A DNA stretch of 63,625 nt, filler included, from Chiloscyllium plagiosum (taxonomy: Eukaryota): assembly GCF_004010195.1 (NCBI RefSeq). It is 6 parts of 2 records of this genome, joined end to end, with 100 filler letters (N's around TTAATTAATTAA, not from the genome) between each part and the next. Parts side by side here need not be neighbours in the genome. Positions count along the whole stretch, not along the records: positions 1 to 23,116 come from NC_057710.1; 5 more parts are not named here. One strand, 5' to 3'. Shown piece after piece: positions 1 through 13,170 of this stretch. A model generated the notes under the pieces. The model saw nothing but the letters and a program-made list of their open reading frames with translations. It searched no databases and was not told the DNA's origin. Position numbers and translations under genes: made by a program. Within the stretch, counting starts at the first letter, position 1, and every line of letters starts with the position of its first letter.

Positions 1-600
1 CAGAAACGTCTGTCTGTACCTCTGACTACAGAATCCCCTAATACAATTGATCTCTTGGAAACCGACGTACCCCTCGTTGCATTAGAGCCAGTCTCAATAC
101 CAGAAACTTGGCTGTTCGTGCTATGTTCCCCTAAGGATCCATCACCCCCTACATTTTCCAAAACAGCATACCTGTTTGAATTGGATATATCCACAAAAGA
201 CTCCTGCCCTAGGTGCCGACCTCTCTCATCCTTCCTGGAGTTAACCCATCTATGTGACTGTATCTGAGACTTTCCCCCCTTCCTATAACTGCCATCCATC
301 ACATACTGTTGCAGTTGCAAAATTCCTCATCGCTTCTATCTGTCTCTCCAACTGATCCACTCGATCTGATAAGATTCGCATCCAACAGCATTTATGGCAG
401 ATATAATCCGCAGTAACCCTTAAACTATCTTTCAACTCCCACATCTGACAAGAAGTACATATCACTGCAAAGGCCATTTTTGCTCCTTCACAATCTACAG
501 ACCCAGAAAATAACACCGTCTTATTCCTCTACAAACACTGCCCCAGGTTAAATTAATAGCTATGGCTTATATTTTAAGTTTAATCAAGAGACTTATCTCA
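1..600 (-). mobile_element. CR1-type LINE 5' region / ORF1 N-terminus (Cys-rich knuckle and coiled coil), degraded
   Basis: ORF 283..516 has CTSCQMWE...YICHKC...RVDQLERQIEAMRN. The same family recurs on the plus strand at ~49741-50057. Confidence 0.7.
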
Positions 601-2149
601 AAAATTCATTGATGTATTGGTTGTAAAACCATCGTATTTTCTTCTGCGATATCATTGCTAGTTTGACTTGTCCAATCTACGTACATTAAAATCACCAATG
701 ATTACAGTTGTACCCTTATTGCATGCATTAATTCCTTCCCTTAAATCTCCTCAACTTTTGGGGTTCTATCGACATCCCAACATTTTCTGCCTTTTTGTAT
801 TCTCATTCTCCACCCATACAGATTTCACATCATGATTTTCCAAGCCAATAGCTTTCCTCACTATTGCATTGATTACTATCTTTTACTAGCAACCATATAC
901 CACTTCCTTTCCCTTTATGTGGAGAGAAAGCAGTTAACATTTCGAATCTAGTGATGCCTTCTCAGCCAATTCTGAGAAAAGGGTCATTAGACTCAACTCT
1001 GTATCTTCCTAGATGTTGCCAGACCCGCTAAATTTCTCCAGCAATTTCTGTTTTGGTTTCAGGTTTCAGCATCAGCTGTTTTTATTGCTTTCCCTTTCTG
1101 TCTGTCCTTCCTAAATAATGATTGCCTTAGAGAGTAAGTTCCCATCCTTGGTCACCCTGCAGCCATGATTCTGCAATTGCAACTATATCATAACTGTGTG
1201 ACTGTACTGCTAATTCATCCACTGTATTGCTAATACTCAGCCTTTACAATTGTCTTAGCTTCATGTTGCACCAGGGCCCCATTTGTTGTTCTCTTTTTTT
1301 TCTGCCTTCCACTTTTGCATCTGTTCTGTCTCTTTGCTTCTATCCTTGTTTCAACCTCCTCCATCTCCCAACTCAGGTAGCACATACACCCCTAACCCAG
1401 ACATTGGTCCTAGCCCTGCCTGGATGCAGCCCATCTGTCCTGCCTGTACTCCCTTTTTCCTACACCATTTCTTCAAGCATGAATATAACTATATCCTGTT
1501 ATTTTTTCTATGTACATAAAATAGAACTTGTACTTATCCTGTGATTACTATCTTTGAGGTCCTACTTTTTACTTTTATGTTTGAACTTTATTTATTCTGC
1601 TTGCAGCACACTTTTTAAAAAAAATCTATGTCACTGATACATATACACAACACTGACTTTGTATGCTGCTCTGAAACATTCTTGTCCCTGGTACCAAATA
1701 TGCACCATACTATTCTGGAGTCTCATTTGTGGCACCCCATGTCTCACATCCAATATTCACACCTTTCATCACTGAAGCAAACACACAGCAGTGTCTACCA
1801 TCTATAACATGAACTACAGTCATTCACAGAGGCTCCTCCCATAGTACCTCAAAATTATTATTGCTACCATCTAGAAGAACAGGACAGCAAATGCATGAGG
1901 AATACCATTGCACACAAGGTTTCCTCCAAGCCTCACACCACTTTGATGTGGAAGTATATTGCTATTCCTTCATTGATGCTGCAATCCCCTTCCAAACAGC
2001 GTCAAGGGTGTTTTACACCCCAAACACTACAGGATTCAAGGAGGCAGTTCACCACCATCTGGCCACATTGCAGACATGTGGTGAAAGCACAAGTAGCACA
2101 CGTGCAAGGTTCTCACTGAGAAACAATATTCAGGGTGTGACCACCATCT

Positions 2150-3350
2150 GCTGACTACCTCCTGGGCGGTGAAATATATATGTGTGTACAGGCACTCATG
2201 AAATACTCATCATACCACGAACCGATCATTACTCCAGTGGCTGGCTCCATTGGCTGAGTGGCCCTTTTTGTTTCAAAGCAGTACCCTAAAGATCAAGATA
2301 CTAATGGAACCTCTGCTGTCTAACCTCAGCTATTCATGGGAGTTCCAGTACTGCACATTCTAGGTTACTGAATTAGAGTGAGTTTCTGTGAAGGAATTCA
2401 TCAAGGTCGAGATGTTTATCAGGACAAGGCATACAGAATGAAAGATGGTTTGTTGGATCTATGATACACGCCAAAGTATCTAGATGACTGTAAAATTACT
2501 TATTCCCACTCTGAGCCCAGCAGGCTGAACTGGCTGTTGTAACTTGTGAGGTTGATGACTGGTAGGAATTTTCTACCCCTTTGACTCAAGGTTTGCTCAG
2601 AATGCTGTGACTGAATGTTAGACATTTTGGAACTGTGGGCTTGATTGGCTCTAGCCAGTGCACCTTTGCAAAAGACTATTCTCCAAATGGTTGGGAAAGG
2701 GGTGGCGAGGATAATTACATCCACAACTTTAAGGCTTATTCAAAATCCAATTCTGAGAGGGGAATATGCAGGCAGACACATTGTAGTTTACTCGTCCGGC
2801 ATCCAGCTGTAAAGCCTGTTCAGTGTGTGTAGCCAACAGTCCTGACTTTCACCATTGTTGTGTTCACAAATTAGGTCAGACTAGGGACAGAAAGGAACCC
2901 TTGCAGCAATTTCAGATTGATTTCATTCCCCACTCCTGCACCTACCACAAATTGGGCAATTTCACAAAGTGGAAGCTATTCCCTATAAGGGAGCTCACTG
3001 CATTGTCGATTTCCAGGACCTTGGTTCAGGAAGCATTCTCTGAATGGGAGCAAATGCAGATGGTGGAGTGACTTCATGATAACAGTCACTTCATAGCACT
3101 GGCAATGCAAGCTGCTTTAAGCTATTGGGGTGAGAAGACAAAAGGCACATTACACATAACCTCTAGTTTTTAGGTTTCATGGAAAACATTAACCATAGCC
3201 TCACAAAATGCTCTGGGTTATTGACATCTTGAACTGGGCAGAAGGTGCCAGGTGAGATCACCAGTGCATGCAGTAGATTGGTGCCCAACCTTCTAGAGGC
3301 ATAGGGTCACAGAATTTACTGCTGGATTGTGACAAATGTTGCATTTCCTA
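2150..3350 (+). mobile_element. Heavily degraded retrovirus/LTR-element pol remnant (RNase H and integrase)
   Basis: Scattered frameshifted motifs in the expected order: KAYS..GN..AD-like (~2731-2780), QQFQIDF (~2905), KVEAIP (~2966), DNSHF (~3078). Confidence 0.45.
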
Positions 3351-3380
3351 TATCTCACAATCAGCAATATGAACTTGAGT

Positions 3381-3510
3381 CCTGATGAAGGGCTTTTGCC
3401 CAAAATGTTAATTTTCCTGTTCCTCGGATGCTGCCTGACTAGCTGTGCTTTTCCAGCACCACTCTAATCTAGAGTCTGATGTCCAGCATCTGCAGTCCTC
3501 ACTTTTGCCA
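3381..3510 (+). mobile_element. Penelope-like terminal (pLTR) fragment with decayed hammerhead core
   Basis: CTGATGA-agggc-tttt-gccc-aaaa followed by the ggatgctgcctga...ccagcatctgcagtcctcactt terminus. Flanked by an imperfect duplication caat(a/g)tgaacttgag. Confidence 0.75.
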
Positions 3511-3623
3511 ATGTGAACTTGAGAGTCAATGAAACCTTGGGGGCTGGAAGATCAGGTACAGTCTGAAAGTATGCTAGAATCACTCTGCCAGGGGACATTA
3601 CTTCAGTGGACAAACCTAGACTT

Positions 3624-3753
3624 GTCAAAAGTGAGGACTGCAGATGCTGGAGATCAGAGTCAAGATTAGAGTGGTGCAGGAAAAGCATAGCAGGTCAGGC
3701 AGCATCCGAGGAGCAGGAATATTGAAGTTTTGGGCTGAAGCCCTTCATCAGGA
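3624..3753 (-). mobile_element. Penelope-like terminal (pLTR) fragment, inverted relative to 3381-3510
   Basis: Reverse complement is closely similar to 3381-3510. Confidence 0.75.
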
Positions 3754-4894
3754 AACTGGATTCGTGTATAAGTATGCAGTTAAGCTGCTTGCAAATACAG
3801 GTCTGAATGGCTATCACTGGTGATGCTTCCATAGGGGACACTTCAGATGATGACTCCTACCTTCATCTCATCAAGAACAAGCTTCCCAGTTGTTTACACA
3901 CACAAAGGTGGAATAATATGTCACAACCATGTATCAGGAGCACTGATGTACAGATCTGCTCTGATCTATTTTCAATGGGATGTCTTAGAATGGATGTGCA
4001 GCTATTACTATTATGTTATTGTTAGTAATATGGTTGCTCATGGAAAAACAACTTTAAAGGATAGTATGAAAAGACAGGTAATAGAGTATGTTGTCCATTT
4101 AAATGTGACATACTCCTGCTACCTGAACATCTTGTCGAGCCATCACAGAGCTAATATTTTTAATTTTTAAGTACTTTGTAACCTTTCTCATTTCCCTTCT
4201 TTGATGTATATGTGTTCTGATCTATTCCTCTAGGTTTTGAATGTATTGATAAACTTTAATATCTTTTAATCCTGAAGAATTTGTTGTGGATCATTTACAG
4301 TTGGACTTCACAAACATCTATTTGTTTAAAAGGGATTTGTTAATAGTTATGGAGGGAAGTGGGGAACAGTGAATAAACAACAAATGTAATCTTTTGCTCT
4401 ATTAAAACCTAGTGAAGTTGCAATGTAGGACTTAAGCTTAGCAGTGAAAAGCAGCAAGGGATATATAGAGCAAAACAATCCCACAACTAATGGATCAAAG
4501 TTCTATTTTGCCAATCCAGTTGTAAATGGTGATTGCCGTTTAAACAGAGGAAGAAGCTACATAAACATACCCACTTTCAATAGTATGTCAGTCCAAAAGA
4601 CTAGTCTGAAACATTTGAAATCTTCTTCAGTCAGAGATGGCAAATCACACAGTCCAGTCTTCAGCCAGTTTACATTGTATTACCATGTACAGAAAATTAC
4701 ATCATCACACTTCCTTTCCAGGAATGTGCAAGAAAATTAAACAATACATTTTACTAGTGTTGCTATTTGCATGTTTATAATGAAACTGAAATTCTTGCGA
4801 TTTGATTCAATTGGGTGGATTTCACACCCCGCCCAATCCAAAAACAAATCGTGGCAGGGACAGTGGCTGGGAGGTCAAGTTCTTGAGTGAGCAG

Positions 4895-6822
4895 TGGTGA
4901 TGGAGAGCATGAGGCAGAGCAGATACAGTCACCGATGTGGAGGAGGAACAGGTGGGGGGGAGGGGGCAATGTAACTGCGGAAGTTGGACTGTTTCACATA
5001 TTTAACAAACAGGCAGACATAGCTGGGTCCCATGGGGGTGCCCATGGCTACCCCTTTGGTTTGGAGAAGTGGGAGGATTGGAAGGAGAGGTTGTTGAGGG
5101 TGAGGACCAGTTTAGCCAGGCAGATGAGTGTCAATGGAAGGGTACTGGTTGGGACGGCGCAAGAGGAAGAAACAGAGGATGTGGAGACCTTCGTCATGGT
5201 GGATCAACGCGTACAGGGACTGGATGTCCATGGTGAAGCTGAGGCGTTGGGGGCCGGGGAAATGAAAATCTTGAAGGAGGTGAAGGGTTTGTTGGTGTCA
5301 TGAACATAGGTGGGCAGTTCCTGGACTAAGGGGGATAGGACAGTGGTGAGGTAGGAAGAAATGAGTTCAGTGGGACAGGCATAGGTTGAGACAATGAGTC
5401 GACCAAGGAAGTCAGGTTTGTGAATCTTCGATAGGAGATAGAATTGGGTGGTGCGGGGTTCACAGACAATGAGGTTGGAGGCTGTAGGTGGGAAATCCCC
5501 AGAGGTGATGAGGTTGGAAATGGTCTGGTGATGGGAGGTGAGGTCGTGATCAAGGGGGTAGTAGGAGGAGGTGTCTGCAAGTTGGTGCCTGGCTTCAGTG
5601 GTGTAGAGTTCAGTGTGCCATATTACTGCTGTATTCCCCCCTTGTCTGCAGGTTTGATGGTGAGGTTGGGGTTAGATCGGAGGACTACGCATTCTAAGGG
5701 CAAGAGTTTGGAGTGGGTGAGGCAGTCATTGTCATGGCAGAGGTTAGAAATGCAGAGGTCAACGGTGGGTAACAGGTCAACACAAGGTATCCAGGTGAAT
5801 GGGTGTGTTAGAGGCAGGAGAAGGGGTCCTCGGTGGGTGGGTAGGTATTGTGGTTAAAAAAGTGGGCATGGAGGCAGAGGCAGCGGTAGAAATGTTCAAG
5901 GTCACGTGTGTCAAACTCATTAATCTGGGACCATAAAGGGATAAAGGTGAGGCCTTTACTGAGGACTAAACATTTGCCCTCTGAGGGGGAGGTCTGGGGG
6001 AATGGTGAACACACGGTAGGGCTAGGAGCTAGGACCCGAGTGCGACTGGAGCTAGGGGTGGGGCTGAGGCAGTTGCTTGAGTGGGTGTCATTATAGGGTC
6101 AGTAGTGACATCACCAACAGAAGTGACGCTCACAAAAGGGGCTGAAGTGGTGCTTAAGGATGAGTTAATGGGAGCGGACGTGGCGTCACGAGCGGCGAGG
6201 GCAGTGTTTCGGTTAGGTACTCGGCTGGTGTCACTGGCAGCTCAAGTGACATCGATGATAGAGCCTTCCAGCGGGGCAGAAGTGATTGCCGCGGCCGCAA
6301 CTGCTGGGACGGACGTGACATTTAAGGTATCACGTCTGTGCTGGTGAATCTAGTGGCGCTTGTGGATCCTGCGGCGGTAGCCTCGGCAGTCACAGAGGTG
6401 GTTGGGTGGACGGTGATCTCAGAGGGGGTGTGTTTGGCAGTGGCTGTGGGCGTCGGGGACAGCAATGACATCATCGATCACCCCGCCTGTTGTTAGTTCT
6501 TTTATGTCCAATGCATTAGTTTGTTGAGTGCATGGATCATTCAGAGGATGTAGAAATGCAGGGGTCTGCTGCAGGTTTGGGGAAAGTGAGGGTCCGAGCT
6601 GGGGCAGGACTGACTGCAGATAGAGTAGATGGCGGTGCATGGCTGCTAGCGTGGTGTGGAGGATCCAGAAAGAGAATTGTTGTTGAAGGTTTTGGATTTG
6701 TAGTGTGTACTGGGTATCCTGTTCAGGTCCAAACTGGGTTGGTCTAAGTGTGGCCCAGAGTCCACATGGTATCAGATGGTTCTGTAGGCAGGTACTGAGG
6801 AAGGAGATGTGGCTGTGATCAC
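4895..6822 (-). mobile_element. Penelope-like element, N-terminal region and RT (degraded, inverted relative to its 3' part)
   Basis: Minus-strand peptides VLSKGLTFIPL, KGVAMGTPMGPSY-like and PHLFLLHIGDC (degenerate YIDD). Confidence 0.8.
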
Positions 6823-7675
6823 AACTTCCCTTCCTATGTGGTTGACAATGCCCTCCACTTCACACACAACCACCGTTGAACCCCACCCCTTCCAAAGCAA
6901 CAAGGACAGAACGCCCCCCCAGCGTCCTCTCCTTCCACCCCACCAACCTCCGCATACAATGCATCATCCTCCCCCACCTCCAAATTGACCCACCACCAGA
7001 GATATATTTCCTTCCCTATCCCTATCAGCATTCCAGAGAGACTATTCCCTCCATGACTCCCTTGTCAGATCCACACCCCCTACCAGTCCACACCCCACTC
7101 CTATCACCTTTCCCTACCACTGCAGGATGTGCAAAACCTGCACCCACACCACTTCCCTCCCCTCTGCCCAAGGTCCCGAGATCCTTCCACATGAGTCAGA
7201 AATTTACCTGTACCTTTACCAATGTCATCTAATGCATCCGTTGCACCCAGTGTGGTCTGCTCTACAACAGGGAGACTGGACGCCTTCTTGCACATCGTTT
7301 TAGAGATCACTGGGAACCCAAGCCTACCAACCCCACCTCCAAACCGTTGCCACCTGACACTGGAGGAGGAATGCCTCATATTCCGCTTTGGTACCCTGCA
7401 ACCACACGGACATTTATGGATTTCAACAGCTTCTTCATTTCCCCTCCCCACACATTATCCCAGTCCCAAGCCTCCAACTCGGCACCACCCTCCATCACTG
7501 CTCCTTCAGATCTATCACCTTCTCCCATCTATCACTTTCCCAGCTACCTCCTCCCAATCCCACCCTCTCCCATCTATCTCTCAGCTCTGACCCACCAAGC
7601 CTCATTCCTGATGAAGGGCTTATGCCTGAAACATCGATTCTTCTGTTCCTCGGCTGCTGCCATACCTGCTGTTGA
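6823..7675 (+). mobile_element. Penelope-like element 3' part: GIY-YIG endonuclease region and pLTR
   Basis: QKFTCTFTNVI..IRCTQCGLL, LEEECLIFRFGTLQPHG. Terminus carries CTGATGA...GAAAC at 7608-7632. Confidence 0.8.
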
Positions 7676-9017
7676 GCACATAATCTGATAGACTCTCCCC
7701 TGGTGAGGGCAGAAGCTCTCTCTTTTAAAAAATGCCCAATAGAAAGGAAAATCCATCCCAATGAGAAATATGGCAGTCCATATCTTATAAAAAGAACCTT
7801 CAAAATTTCCATCGTCGAAGAAGATTGCTCTCTTATTAGGCGAGACAACTGGTGGAGAGTTTAACCCGAGGGTCACAATCCTTTATGTGAGGGGAGAAGT
7901 TGAGAAGAGTCCTTTGTGGAGACTTCAGCCAGAATGGGAATTGAACTCACCCTGTTGGCAGCACTCTGTTACAAACTAGCTGTCCAGCAAACTGAGCTAA
8001 CTTAAAAAGAAATCTAAATGAGGAGTTTAATTTTTTTGGGGACACCATTTCTTAGATCAGCATGTTATAGCACCGACCAGAGAAAAAGCAAGACTAGACC
8101 TGGTTTTGACCAATTAGACAGGTTAGTAATTAAACCTAACTGTGAAAGCACCCCTGGGTAGGAGCAAAATAATTGAATTTTACATACAGTTTGTGGGGAA
8201 AGAAATGTTGGTCCAAGTCTGCTATTTTCAAATTAATTAAGACCAATCATGAGTGTATGAAAGCAGTGCCAATAAAAGTGAGCTAGCAATTTAGCTTAAG
8301 GTCGAGCTTACTGTTGCATATCTGTTGTATGACTGTTGCTGTCCACAGAACTGTGGAAGAGCAGAACAGTGGTGAAAATGTTACTGACAGATGGAATAAG
8401 GTGAGCGAATGCTGCAAGGCATTATGATATTTCTCACATAACTGTTTATAAATCAGACGTAACCACTTATGGTCTGGACCAGCATGTACAGCTCAACCCC
8501 AGGTGATAGGAAAGTACGGTGTGGAGAACATATGGCTGAAGGGAGAAGAATTCTAATCACAGACATTAAGGCTGAGGCTCATATTTGAAAGAAAAGACAT
8601 TTATAATTGAACAGGAAAACATATCAGGACAGTGGCAGACAGTGGTGCACCCAAAGTATGCTGTTCAAAATACCCGTCTGGACAATAGTCTATGTGAGAA
8701 TGGGCTTTCTTCCTGTTTTACCGAGATACAACTAGGACACACTGAAATGGGTCCCCATGTTATGACCAGAATGAGGAGTGCACTGTTATTCTAGTACCAT
8801 TATTCCATAGGTCAGAACATACAATATTTTACCAACTCACAATACATTCAATCACATGCTTTCTCTAAATTAGACTTTGACGAGATCCAGTAACCAGTTA
8901 TCTTTAATAAATGGTTTTATCAATTAATTATAAACAAAACCAGCCAATGAAGATTCAGAGTCAGTTAATAGTTTGTAATATTAAAATATAAACATTTATC
9001 ACTCTATATAATCCAAA

Positions 9018-9038
9018 ACACACACACACACACACACA
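9018..9038. repeat. (CA)n microsatellite
   Basis: Run of about 10 AC units seen directly. Confidence 0.9.
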
Positions 9039-11266
9039 GTAGATAAAAGGAATTTTTTTTTACCCCCAACAGAATTTCACTTATAAATAAAATCACTCTG
9101 GCCAAAGATGGCTGTTCCAGAAGGAAAATGCAATTGGTGTAGAATGTTCCAAAGACCATCATTCTGGAGTTCTTTCACATGCAGTCAATTCACTAATCAT
9201 GTATGGTTATCTCTGGGGGTCTTGGCAGACTCAGCTTGGAAACAAAATATTGAGAGGTTCTTTCAGTCACTCTTCCAGAAGAGCAATTAAGTTTCACCTG
9301 GTTCACTCTGCCAAGCCATTTCAGATAGCTGGCTTTGTTCAAACTAATTTCAAATAATCAGACTCTCCAAGTTCAAAGCATTATTCAACTTGCCCCAACA
9401 AAGGACTCTAATGCAAAAAGCAATCACAAGGGTCATGATTTCCAAGAAACTTTCTCTAAAAATGTTTTAATGTCCTAAGGAGTTTCAGTCACCTATTTCC
9501 CAATCACTGGCCCCCAAATCAGTCCAGATTCTCAAAAAACTCAAAAAATATCTATCTTCCATACAATACATCAAACTGAAGCCTTCAATGACAAATTAAA
9601 TATCAACCTGACTTCATAACATCCTGGACACAGTCACCAAGAGCAGGAAATGAACACATCAAGTTGAACTTGCACAGAGCTAGTACAATTAAAAAAGACA
9701 CCACAACCACACAATGGATGACTGAATTTGAAATATTACTGTCTATATCAAGGGACAAGGAAAGGAGTATAAAGCTACGGCCCATAAGGACATTACCAGT
9801 GCAGCAGGAAAAGATGAGACACAAAATTATGCGCGTGAACTTTCTCAGCAGAGTGACCACCCAGAAACAAGGTCCCGTATGTGCGTCTCAGTAACCAACC
9901 AATGTTAAGAGAGATCGGGGCAAGGGACAACAGAGGGAATATGATAAGACAGGGGTGGTGAGAGGAAAATGTTAAGAGAAGGAAGAGGAAAAGGTGATGC
10001 AGATGTCAGAGATATGAGAAAGGGGTTAGAAAGACAGAGAGATAAGTAAGCAAGAGAGAAATTAAGAGAGATAGAGGCTGGAAAAAGTGGAGAGAGAATG
10101 TTTACGTGAGAGGATCAGAATGGGGCAAGATTGAGGATTAAGCAGTGAGAGTTGGGGAAGGGAGGAACAACAGAATGGGAAAGAATTGAGAGAATGAGAT
10201 ACAGTGGTAGAGAAGTAGTATGAGAGAAAGAGTAGGAAAGGAGGTAGTGACAAGTAAAATGGGAACGTGGGGTAGAATACAAATATTCAACATTCTGTAC
10301 CGAAATATTTTAAGAGAATCAAAGAAATTGATTCTTTTCACCTTTTCAAGGCAATCGGAATATGTTAAGACAAAGGGAATATGTTAATGACCGTTCTGAA
10401 ACTCACTTAAATGTAATTAAATAAATTGATGTTGCCTTTCTGACAGTGATTCTTAAACTTTTATTATTACTGAAAGGGATTTTAATTTAGTGTAAGTTAC
10501 ACTGCACCAACACAGAATTCAAAATAAAGTCAACCAGATCTGAAAAATGATCACACCAGCTGAAATTGAATAATTAAAAATTATAATTTCTTCAAGTGTG
10601 TGTGTAAATGGCACCCCATCACACTAACTGCATCCGGGACTGCAGAAAATAGTCAGTAAGTTCCCTACTATAAAATATTCAATTAACAATGATAGAACAA
10701 CTCTTCAGTTCATATATTTGCTACCCAGAAAAATTCACCATTACCCAAAAGATGTGTGCTAGATTCAAAGCTAAGGCCTACGAGTAATAGTGTGCCAGTC
10801 AATTTACAACTGATTTCAATGAACAATTCCATATATATTCAATTGCAATGAACCAAGGAAAATGACCTCCGAACGGAAAACTCTTACTTTGTAAAGAATC
10901 TCGCAGAAACAGTTATTGAAAACTATTCTTTGCTAGGGTCTTCATTACATAACCCCATAAACTTAACTAGGTAGCCAGAAGGAAAAAATTTACCCTCACG
11001 CAAATATTGCCTATAAATCTTTTGGAATTGATTAACAACAGGTTAATCTTTGAGCAGCTCTAAATGTGATAATTTAACTATATTGTCCCTCAATAATCCC
11101 TGCTTACCATCTCCCTCATAAATAGTTTCTACCTGTCTGGACCACAATTACCCCTTTTATCAAACTCTGTGTTGTGTATAGTGTCATAACCAATCTAACA
11201 AATCCTAAATGACTGGCCTTCTGAGTGCTGGTATTAAAGTATGTTTCAATAGCATGCTTGGAATAA

Positions 11267-11846
11267 TCAGAGTCAGGGAGATGTACAGCAAGGAAACAGA
11301 ACCTTCGGTCCAACTCGTGCATGCCAATCAGATATCCTAACCTAATCTAGTCCCATTTGCCAGCATTTGGCCCATATCACTCTAAACCTTTCCTATTCAT
11401 ATAACCATCCAGATGCCTTTTAAATGCTGTACTTGTACCAGCCTCCTCCAATTCCACTGGCAGCTGATTCCACACGCTCGCCACCCTCTGTGTGAACAAA
11501 TTGCCCCTTAGGTCCCTTTTATATCTTTGCTCTCTCACCCTAAACCTATGTCCTCCAGTTCTGGGCTCCCTCACCCTAGGGAAAAGATCTTGTCTATTTA
11601 TCCTACCCATAGCCCTCAAGATTTTATAAACCTCTATAAGGTCAATCCTCAGCCTCCAATGCTCCAGGGAAAACAGCTCCAGCTTATTCAGCCTCTCCCT
11701 ATAGCTCAAACCCTCCAACCATGGCAACACCCTTGTAAATCTTTTCTGAATCCTTTCAAGTTTCACAACATCTTTCCGATAGGAAGGAGACCAGAATTGC
11801 ATGCAATATTCCAAAACTGGCCTAACCAATGTCCCGTTCAGCGCAA
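11267..11846 (-). mobile_element. CR1 LINE 3' fragment (ORF2 C-terminus and 3' UTR)
   Basis: ORF 11377..11829 VRPVLEYCMQFWSP...LERIQKRFTR...FTQRVASVWNQLP. Confidence 0.92.
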
Positions 11847-12685
11847 CACGAACACCTTTTTAATTGTTGCTGGAATGATCCAGTCTTCACGAAACCTCTT
11901 TCAAGTTCAGAAAGTGATAAAACACAACATCAAAATTCTTTTAAGCTCTAAGAATGTAAAAGCAAATTTAATGGTGAGGTTGAAAAAAGTCATATTTCTA
12001 CATATTTCTTGACAGCCCATGTCTCCTCAAAAGAAAAGTTTAAAGGTTATTTTGTAAATATCTTTGCAGAATTTGTTTCCATTGTAGAAACTGTGCCTGC
12101 TTTAACAGTATTTTTAAAAAACTTTCGACATTGCAGATTCAAGCAGTTCTTGGAATATCAACCAGTCCTGGAACAGGATAGTTTAACCTTTCATCACTGA
12201 CAAAGATTTGTACAGTTTATCATAATGAAACACTGTACAACTGAATTACAACAAGTTTGAAACATTCTCCAGAACGTTAGCCATGTTTCAGTCAGAAGCA
12301 AAATTCCATAAATTACATCTTCTAACATAAGTTGGCAGAAGGACACTGCAATAATATACTCATTGTATTATGGACTGACAACATACTAGTTTGTACCTGT
12401 GCCCTCCATGACACTGTCACAATCTTTGCTTCATATTGGTGAAATGCTGCAAAAAGGCAAACACTTGTGTAATTTTTTTCTCACCAAAGAAATCTACCAA
12501 TTATTCTCCTGGCAAAGTTGATAAAGCAATGTTGATCAGTGGTCCCAAGAGAAGTCTGCTTTTCAGCCAGTGAATGATTGCGAATTTGGGACAGAATGCA
12601 GGTGACAATCTAAAGATGGGGGAAGATTACTTCAGAATTTTAAAATTCAGCACGAAGTCCATTAAGAATTTTAAATGAAAGTCAC

Positions 12686-12745
12686 TTAGAATCTCTTCCG
12701 CTTGATGATCTCTGGTTTCCAGTTGACTGGATGAGTTTCTTCCGT
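12686..12745 (-). CDS. PLRG1: PLRG1 terminal coding exon (TEETHPVNWKPEIIKRKRF*)
   Basis: Matches the vertebrate PLRG1 C-terminus. Polypyrimidine tract with AG acceptor at 12747-12746, phase 0, TAA at 12688-12686. Confidence 0.96.
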   Translation of the reverse strand, partial: TEETHPVNWKPEIIKRKRF

Positions 12746-12939
12746 CTAGGTTAAAAAAAAAGAGAAAACATTATTTCTTTGCTAACTTTACTGCAGATAA
12801 ATAATCTTTAGTTAAAATTTTGTAGAATATCTTTGCAGTCCACCAAGAATCAATTCTTGGTCTCTCGTTTTTCTCATCTGGCTGCCATTACTTGTCAGTG
12901 TTGTGAAAATACAATGCTAAACATTGCTCAAAACACCTA

Positions 12940-13170
12940 TCTCAACCACATTGCCCGTCTCTCGAGCCCTCCATTGTCTCTAAATTATCTGACTACTTGC
13001 CCAACATGAGTATATCAGCAGAAATTTCCATCAACTAAGTATTGGAAAGGACAGAGCCAATTTCTTCACCTGCCAATGTAAGTGCCCTTTCATAATTACT
13101 GAATCCTGATCCTTCGCAACTATCGGAGACTGAATTAGGTTATTCACAACCTATGAAGTATTTTGAGATG
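12940..13170 (+). mobile_element. Old L2/CR1-clade LINE RT fragment in the last PLRG1 intron
   Basis: SKLSDYL...SRNFHQLSIGRTE-like peptide resembling the post-YADD region. Confidence 0.45.

Noticed and set aside
8758..9565. Possible third solo LTR (TGTTATGA...ATACA)
   Set aside because: No clear TSD, and the right end is uncertain.
9910..10275. Purine-rich tract with short ORFs
   Set aside because: Low-complexity sequence with no coding or structural evidence.
11850..12685. PLRG1 polyadenylation site
   Set aside because: No unambiguous AATAAA found close to the stop codon; the 3' UTR end cannot be placed without transcripts.
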